A stretch of 64,000 nucleotides of DNA from Blepharisma stoltei ATCC 30299 (taxonomy: Eukaryota > Protista > Ciliophora): contig CBFDEM010000041.1 in NCBI GenBank assembly GCA_965603825.1, positions 310,001 through 374,000 on the forward strand, given 5' to 3'. The first letter of the stretch is position 1. Each line of letters opens with the position of its first letter. Under the pieces are notes generated by a model. The model saw only the letters and a list, made by a program, of their open reading frames with translations, was not told where the DNA came from and did no database searches. Of the stretch, positions 61,262 through 64,000 are shown piece by piece. Position numbers and translations under genes: made by a program.

Positions 61262-63391
61262 ATGCGAATAAAAATGAAATCAATCCCATATCTTTCCCGC
61301 AAATTCAGGTCTTCTTTCAAACTCTTGGATCCTGTTAAAATTTTTATTGATGGAGTCCCGATCACAGTGGATTCTTCTTATACTGTTCTCCAAGCTTGCC
61401 AGAAAGCTGGCGTCGTCATCCCTCATTTTTGCTATCATGAGCGTCTTGCTGTTGTTGGAAATTGTCGCATGTGTCTGACAGAAATAGAAAAAATCCCTAA
61501 GCCAGTTGTAGCCTGCGCTTGGAATGTAGCCCCAAATATGAGCATCAAGACTAAGTCTGAAATGACTTACAATGCTAGAGGAGGAGTCATGGAATTTTTA
61601 TTAGCAAACCATCCTTTAGACTGCCCAATCTGTGATCAAGGGGGAGAATGCGATTTACAAGATCAATCTTTATTATTTGGATATAAAATAGGGAGATTTA
61701 TAGAATATAAAAGATCAGTTGAGGACAAGAAACTTGGCCCTTTAATTAATACAATAATGACTAGATGCATCCATTGTACAAGATGTATTAGATTTCTCGA
61801 CGATGTAGCAGGAAACTTCGTCTTGGGGACCTCTCTCAGGAGTAGGGAAATGGAAATTGTGAATTATGTAGAACGGCTCATTACAAGTGAGCTATCAGGA
61901 AATGTTGTAGATCTTTGTCCTGTAGGCGCTCTCACTAATGCTCCTTATGCTTTTACTGCAAGACCTTGGGAACTACGATCGGTGCCTACATTTGATGTAG
62001 AAGATGGAATAATGCCTGCTATCGAAATCAATTCGAGGCGACAAGAAATAATGAGGATTCTCCCAAGGGTTCATGAAGAAATCAATGAAGAGTGAGTTCA
62101 TGATAGATCACGCCACGCTTATGACGGATTAAAGCGCCAAAGGATAAATGCATGCCTGAAGAAAAATCCTGATGGAAGCTATAAAGATATATACTGGCAA
62201 GAAGCCTTCGAAATTTTGGCTAGTAAAATCAATGAGGTGTCAGGGGAAGAAATACTAGGAATCATAGGTGAGCACATGGATCTCGAGTCTGTGACTGCAT
62301 TCAGAGATCTCTTGTACTCTCTTGGATGTGAAAATATAGAGACAGTTTCAAATACAATTAAAATTAGCCCTGATTTCAGAAGTAATTACTTGATGAACTC
62401 GAAAATTACAGGAATTGAAGAATCTGATTTAATCTTAATAGTCGGAGCGAATATGAAAATCGAGTCTCCAGTGCTTAATGCAAGAATTAAAAAAGCTATA
62501 AGAGAAAATGATGCTTCAGTAGCTCTTATAGGGACACCTGATTATCTGAGTTATGATTATTTGCACCTTGGAAATTCTCTTGATATTCTTCATGATATCA
62601 TTAATAAAAAACACCCTTTTTCGAAAACACTTGAAAAATCAAAATTTCCAATGATAATTGTGAGTTCTTTGCTACTCCAAAGAAATGACGGAGAAGCTAT
62701 AAATGCTTTGATTTATGAATTGGCTCAAAAATTCAAAATGATTCAGCCGGAAAATAACTGAAATGGCTATAATGTTCTTCACTTCAATGTAGGCCCGATA
62801 TCAACCCTAGAAGTGGGAATTACTACAGATATTGAAACAAAGGTTAAGCCAAAATTTGTGTATTTATTAGGAGCTGACAATTATAATAGGGATAAAATCC
62901 CTGATGATGCTTTTGCAGTCTATCAAGGAACCCATGGAGATGAAGGAGCATACAGGGCAAATTTAATTCTTCCTGGCGCTGCTTATACTGAAAAAAATGC
63001 AAGCTATGTAAATACAGATGGAAGAGTTCTTCTGGGAAGAATTTCTTCAACAAAATTTGGCGATTCAAGAGAAGATTGGGAAATCATAAGAGCATTAAGC
63101 GAGTCTTTAGGGAAAGCACTGCCGTATGATACACTGCAAGAAATTAGGTACAGAATTGCAGAGCTTGCCCCACATTTGATTAAGTATGACTATATTGAGC
63201 CTTATAACTTAGGATGGACAACAAAACCAAGAAATGGGAAAATCGATCTGAATTGGGTTAATGATACAGTTGATAACTTTTATATGACTGATAGCATTTC
63301 TAGAGCTTCTCCAACTATGGCCAGATGCTCAGAGTTTTTAAATCCAGAAAAAAATACAAATTTCATACCTGAAATACCTTTAAGAAAATAA
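61262..63391 (+). CDS. NDUFS1: NADH:ubiquinone oxidoreductase 75-kDa Fe-S subunit
   Basis: [33 protein letters not shown] and CIHCTRC; three ORFs join at INEE-W (62093) and NN-W-NGYN (62759). The start could be 61274. Confidence 0.96.
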
Positions 63392-63511
63392 CTGTAAGAT
63401 AAAATATATGATTAATCTAATATTTAATAATTAATGCTTAAAATCTCCTTTTAATGTAGATAAAGTTTAATTTTGTTCAAAATTAATACCCCCTCCTAAA
63501 TAATTAAATTT

Positions 63512-64000
63512 ATGAGTGATATAAAGAAACGGAGTGAAAACAAAAGAGTGTTTGTCGGAAATGTACCCTACTCTCTGAGTAAAGCTGAGCTCCAACTGCA
63601 CATGGAGAGAGCTGGTGAAGTTATCAGGGTTGATTTATTTTTGGATGAAATGAAATATTCAAGAGGATGTGGAATAGTAGAGTATTGTACTTACTCTGAT
63701 GCACAAAGAGCAGTATCAATTTTAAATCATTCGGTACTGATGGGTCGTACTATTACAGTAAAAGAAGATGATACATATGGGAGCAGCAGAAATCGACGCA
63801 GCCCATCTCCAAAACCTCAACCGTGCCAAATTAGAATCAAAAATATGCCTCCTTCAGTAACTTGGCAGCAGTTAAAGGATGTGTGTAGAGAAATCGGAAA
63901 TGTTACAAGAGCTGACCTTTCACTTGATCGAAATGGGAAATCTAAAGGATCTGGGATTGTGACATTTGAAAAGCCAGAAGAAGCAAAGGAAGCATTACGA
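63512..64000 (+). CDS. Multi-RRM protein (Gbp2/HRB1/hnRNP M-like), 3'-truncated by the window
   Basis: Not in the ORF track. RVFVGNVPY..SRGCGIVEY..GRTITVKED and SVTWQQLKD..SKGSGIVTF. Confidence 0.85.
   Translation, partial: MSDIKKRSENKRVFVGNVPYSLSKAELQLHMERAGEVIRVDLFLDEMKYSRGCGIVEYCTYSDAQRAVSILNHSVLMGRTITVKEDDTYGSSRNRRSPSPKPQPCQIRIKNMPPSVTWQQLKDVCREIGNVTRADLSLDRNGKSKGSGIVTFEKPEEAKEALR

Overview
This is gene-dense, AT-rich eukaryotic nuclear DNA, most consistent with the macronuclear genome of a heterotrich ciliate of the Blepharisma type. Two properties explain the fragmented ORF track. (1) TGA is read as Trp: it falls on invariant Trp positions such as kinase DxWSxG, the K+ channel pore helix, WD40 'WD' and NDUFS1 EEW, while genes end only in TAA or TAG. 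(2) Tiny 15-16 nt GT..AG introns occur; six are proposed. Re-reading on this basis gives about 45 genes, including HSP60, RPS12, centrin, NDUFS1, MAPK, AMPK-like and AGC kinases, Exo70, taxilin, GNA1, a sorting nexin, CSA/ERCC8-like, SNM1/Apollo-like, TRAIP-like, SETD9-like and PPP1R21-like genes. Highlights are a hidden 7TM-RGS receptor-like gene head-to-head with an SK-type K+ channel, a probable intron inside a start codon, and a triplicated cassette at 39.3-43.7 kb with a small orphan Cys-rich gene and TA-bounded junctions. Some intergenic spacers are only 13-22 bp. All family assignments come from motif recognition by eye, not database searches.
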